Shown: in pieces, positions 59,947-64,000 of the stretch
Layout of the letters: the number at the start of each line of letters is the position of its first letter
How positions within the stretch are numbered: position 1 is the stretch's first letter
Source of the DNA: the human T2T-CHM13v2.0 reference genome, Homo sapiens
Direction: 5' to 3' (one strand)
Assembly (NCBI RefSeq): GCF_009914755.1
Contig: NC_060935.1
Length of the DNA stretch: 64,000 nt
Notes under the pieces: generated by a model
Databases searched by the model: none
What the model saw: only the letters and a program-made list of their open reading frames with translations
Told to the model about the DNA's origin: nothing
Made by a program: the position numbers and the translations under genes

Positions 59947-62504
59947 CCCATTGTCCTATGGGACCACTTTCAGTTGTATTAGCCACTTCCGAGTCTTGAC
60001 TAGCTTACCTTTCTCATCTCCTAGCCTGCCATCCCACATAACAGACTGCATTCTCTAGTCCTTCTCATGTGTTCCCAATATCCCGAGTGGAATCCAAACA
60101 TCATACTTTTTGCTCCTGCTGTTCCCTCTTCCTGAAATGTCATTCCTCTGCCAAGAACAATCCATCCAATCAAATCCAGCTCGCTCTTCCAGGCCCAGAT
60201 CAAATGACAACTCCCTAAGTTTCCTAGGTGGGCACTGTTATCTCTTGAGAGCACACTGTACATTTATCTGTCATAGTATGTTTAGCATTGATTCTAGTTG
60301 AGCGTTAGGCTGTCTTGTGGCCCCTGCTCACTGTGTGCCTTTGAGAGCTGGTACCTGTCTTATTCACCCCTGTGTCTCTAGGGCCAGTGTACAAAAGCCC
60401 CTCAAAGCTGCACCTCTGGGAGGAAAAGCCTCTTGAACCCTATCATTAAGACTTTGGGTCAGGTAAGTGTGTAATGATATTTTAATGCGATTAATAATTT
60501 TGATAATTTAATGTTTAATAATTCAGCAATATTTTTCATCACAATGCCTTCAGCACTCTCTCCCTGTTGTTTCTCTGAGCCCTTCTAGATGAGTACAATT
60601 TTCCCCAACTCACTGCTGAGAGAACAGAGGCGTAGGGATGGGCAGTCATCCAGGGTGACTCAGCTAGGAAATGGCAGAGTGACATTTGGACAGAGCTCTT
60701 CCTGACTCCAGAGCCCAGATGCTGGAATGCCTCTCATGTGAGGGAGTGGTCTATGGAAACGGCCTGGCAGACCCGCGTTTGTTTAATTGAGACAGAATGG
60801 AGGGTGAAGAGCTCGAATTAGGCAGAGGATTAGTTCGGGACAGCTGCCCCTGCTGCACATGGATAAACCCAGAAAAGGTCAAGGCGAAATTGAGGACGGG
60901 TCTCTGGGAGGCTTTCTCAGGCTTCATTCCTCTGGACAGGGTTAGGTGGGTCAAGTGACCTTGTTTGAACTCTCCTTTTCCTCTCCTACTCTCAGTCCGT
61001 CACTTCTTGCAAAATCAGATGTTGCAGAAAGGCAAGTTTGATTCTGTCTGGGAGAGGATTGTGTATTCCCAACTTTCCCTTATGCCTCGGCTTCAGATCA
61101 GATGCTCTGATCTCCTCTCTGTCCTTGGAGGCACCATTTCCACGGCAGGCCTAGGTGAGCTGGGAAGTTTTATGATGGCATTAAAAAAAAATTCCTTTCT
61201 GCAAGAGGCTTTTCACCTGAGTGTCAACTAACTCTGGACATCTTGTTACTGAAGCTCTTCTAGCCTGGGGAGAGACATTTTGTCTCAAAACTCATTAACG
61301 AGAGTGGGAAAACTGGGGGAAGGAAGCACAAGTTATCAGGTACAGCCTGTCCACCCATGGCTCCCTCCAACCCTGGTGTAGGTTTCTGAGGGGCAGCGCT
61401 GTGGGACAACTCCAGTAATTGCCAAAGCACAAGTCTCTGACCTCCCGCTAGAGTGGCCTCGGTTTTCTCTTTTTTTGGCCTTGTCTTCCTTCCTCTTCTA
61501 GTTTTCATGTTCTTGTTTCTCATTTTCTCTTACCTCTGTACATGCCTTAAATCTCCTAGTGAGTCCCCTGGGCATCGTGTGGCCCTACTGGGGGTATTCA
61601 GCTCAGAAAACATCTTCATACGGTTTTTGAACTCTAGCTCTCCACCTCTGTCCCCCTTCCCAACCCACAGTAAACATCTCTGTTTAATGTTTTGAGGTCC
61701 AGATTCTATGAGTATAAAGGGGTTGAATCATGAGCCAAGATATGCACTTGAGGAAGGAAACATCTGCATTTAAGGGGGCAGGTCAATTGCCTCCTGGCAG
61801 ATCACCTTTCTCCCCGGCCCTGCCCTCCCCAGATTTGGGCACCTGCACTTGTTATTCGGACCTTAGCAACTGGATTCTGAGCCCTTGTGTTCCTGGTCTG
61901 AGTTCCTCCCTGTTGGTGACATTGGCTGAGCCCAATCTCTAGGTTAGGACAGCCTGACAACTCATTGCCAACTCCTGGTGATGGTTCTGTTTTGGTTTGG
62001 CATAGTCTACCTGGGACTGTTCCCCAACTCTGGGTAAGCCCTTTGTAACACCTGAGCCTCTCCCCCTAAAACTGAGCACTATCATGTAGAAGTTAGGAGC
62101 ACAGCCCCTAGTGTCGGACTGGCTGTGTTTGAATCCTAGTTCTGTCCCTTGCCAGATGTGTAACCATGGACTCGTTATTTTAGCTTGCCATGCCTCTATT
62201 CTATTCTATTCTGTTACCTGTAAAAGGTAGGAATTATAATGCCCATTTCATGGTGGTGGTGTAAGGATTCACTGCGATAAGACCAAAGAGATGGGACCTT
62301 CTCTCTTGAGAACTTGACAGTTAGGTCCAAAGGAGTGTGAGTAAAACCCAAGTGCAATTTAGGCAGGTGACAATAACCACAGAGCCCAACCTGATGGAAT
62401 AGGCAGGAAGTTGTATGGGGAATTGATGGCAACAGAGTCAGAAAACAGAGCGGTAAGTATTAATGCAGAGAAAAGTGAGATCCATAGGCAGAAATTCTAT
62501 GTAA

Positions 62505-62806
<302 letters not shown>

Positions 62807-63269
62807 TTAAAAAGAAGAAATTCTACCTAAGAGCCCGAAGCTGCCCTCTGCCCTCTCCCGTCTCCTGCAGGACATGGCGCCAGCTCCAGGTTAGGGTAAT
62901 CTGGAAACTAGCCTTGAGTGAAGGGGCTGAAAGGGCTCAGGCAAGTGGGACAGGATTTATAGCCTGCTGCTGGAGTTCTGAATAAGGACTTGAGTCCCCC
63001 TTCCCAGGATTTAGAAGGGCCAGGGAGGTGGGTTAGCACCACCAGAGCAGGGAGGTGTAAAGGTGCAGCACAAAGCTACAATCTGAACATAGCACCCCCT
63101 CATCTCTTGGTACTTGGCATGGTTGGCTCCTTGGCACCCATCTCTCCCCCTTGATAGTCCCTTGGAAAGCCATTCCTTCCTTACTCTTAGTCCCTGTGTT
63201 CTTGGTGGAGTTCCCACATCCAACTTCCAGAGTAGGCCACGTGAGCATGCCTGGCTAATCAAAGCATGG

Positions 63270-63570
63270 TGCCTCCCAGGCCACTGGGATTGGTTCAGAG
63301 AAGGGTCACCTTGGGTAGCTGATGTTGCTGCAGCTATCTTGCCACCGTATGGAGCCAAGACTGAAAGATGAAATAGAGCAGGGCAAGGAAGAGAGGCCCA
63401 GGAAGACCAAGTCCTAATGACATCGTTGGAGCCTTCGAATCCAGCTGTGCCTAGAGCCAGCCCCTAACCCTGGAGTTTTCAGTTACATGGATCAATAAAT
63501 TCTCTATTAGCTTAAATCACCTTGATTTGAGTTTTCTATCACTATTAACCAACAGCATCCTAATCAAAGG
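63270..63570. mobile_element. MLT1-like MaLR LTR fragment
   Basis: gattggttcagag...ccagctgtgcct...aataaattctctattagcttaa. Confidence 0.65.
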
Positions 63571-63886
63571 CTAAAGCAGCTGAAAATAGCCTATTTCCAG
63601 ACCGCATGTGCTCATTAATAAAGAGCAAGTTCCTGTGGTACCATGAAGCCATGATACCATTGGCCTTGTGTCTGGATAAGGCTCAGGCTAAAGATGCCTG
63701 ACATTACTATAAATACCTGGGCAGGGGTGAGTTGGCAGAGCAATGACCAGGGATACAGAAAACCAGGTTTTTCCTGATGCCTTATATCCTGCTTTAATAT
63801 CTCCACCTGCCAATGAAGGAGTTCAATTGGTTGCCGCCATTTTAGAGAGCATAATGGTTATACTTTACCTTCAAAAAAATCTATTT

Positions 63887-63937
<51 letters not shown>
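63887..63937. repeat. (TCTA)12 / GATA tetranucleotide STR
   Basis: 12 perfect TCTA units at 63887-63934. Confidence 0.97.
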
Positions 63938-63938
<1 letters not shown>

Positions 63939-64000
63939 GCCATGGAAGAACCAAGGCAAAGAAAAGTGTAAAGATGATCCTACCAATTGTCCCAGAAGAC

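Overview
This is human (primate) genomic DNA containing the complete LMO2 gene (LIM domain only 2, 11p13 T-ALL oncogene) on the minus strand. I reconstructed six exons from splice signals: 52944-~53438, 42975-43038, 30755-31032, 30391-30631, 25647-25862 and ~19612-20616. They give the 158-aa protein (477 nt including stop), a 227-aa N-terminally extended protein (684 nt) and a 151-aa form starting at an intronic ATG. Distal, intermediate and proximal (CpG island) promoter regions, a miR-223 site, a CTCF motif just past the 3' end and the cryptic RAG 12-RSS upstream of exon 1 are visible. The rest is repeat-rich (about 25 Alus, L1, L2, MIR, MaLR/ERV LTRs, MER5/MER33 DNA transposons). Two old elements still show readable coding remnants: a hAT transposase (1-1760) and an ERV pol/env (45169-48640). 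Most ORFs in the supplied track are Alu or GC-content artefacts. The locus is well known and I cannot demonstrate a new system from sequence alone. The strongest candidate is an isoform switch at the long start codon. A 123-nt intron decides between a 3-codon uORF and a 69-aa extension carrying an NLS-like basic patch and a MYC/JUN-like FBXW7 phosphodegron (TPPPSP). Repeat subfamily names and boundaries were assigned by eye and are approximate.
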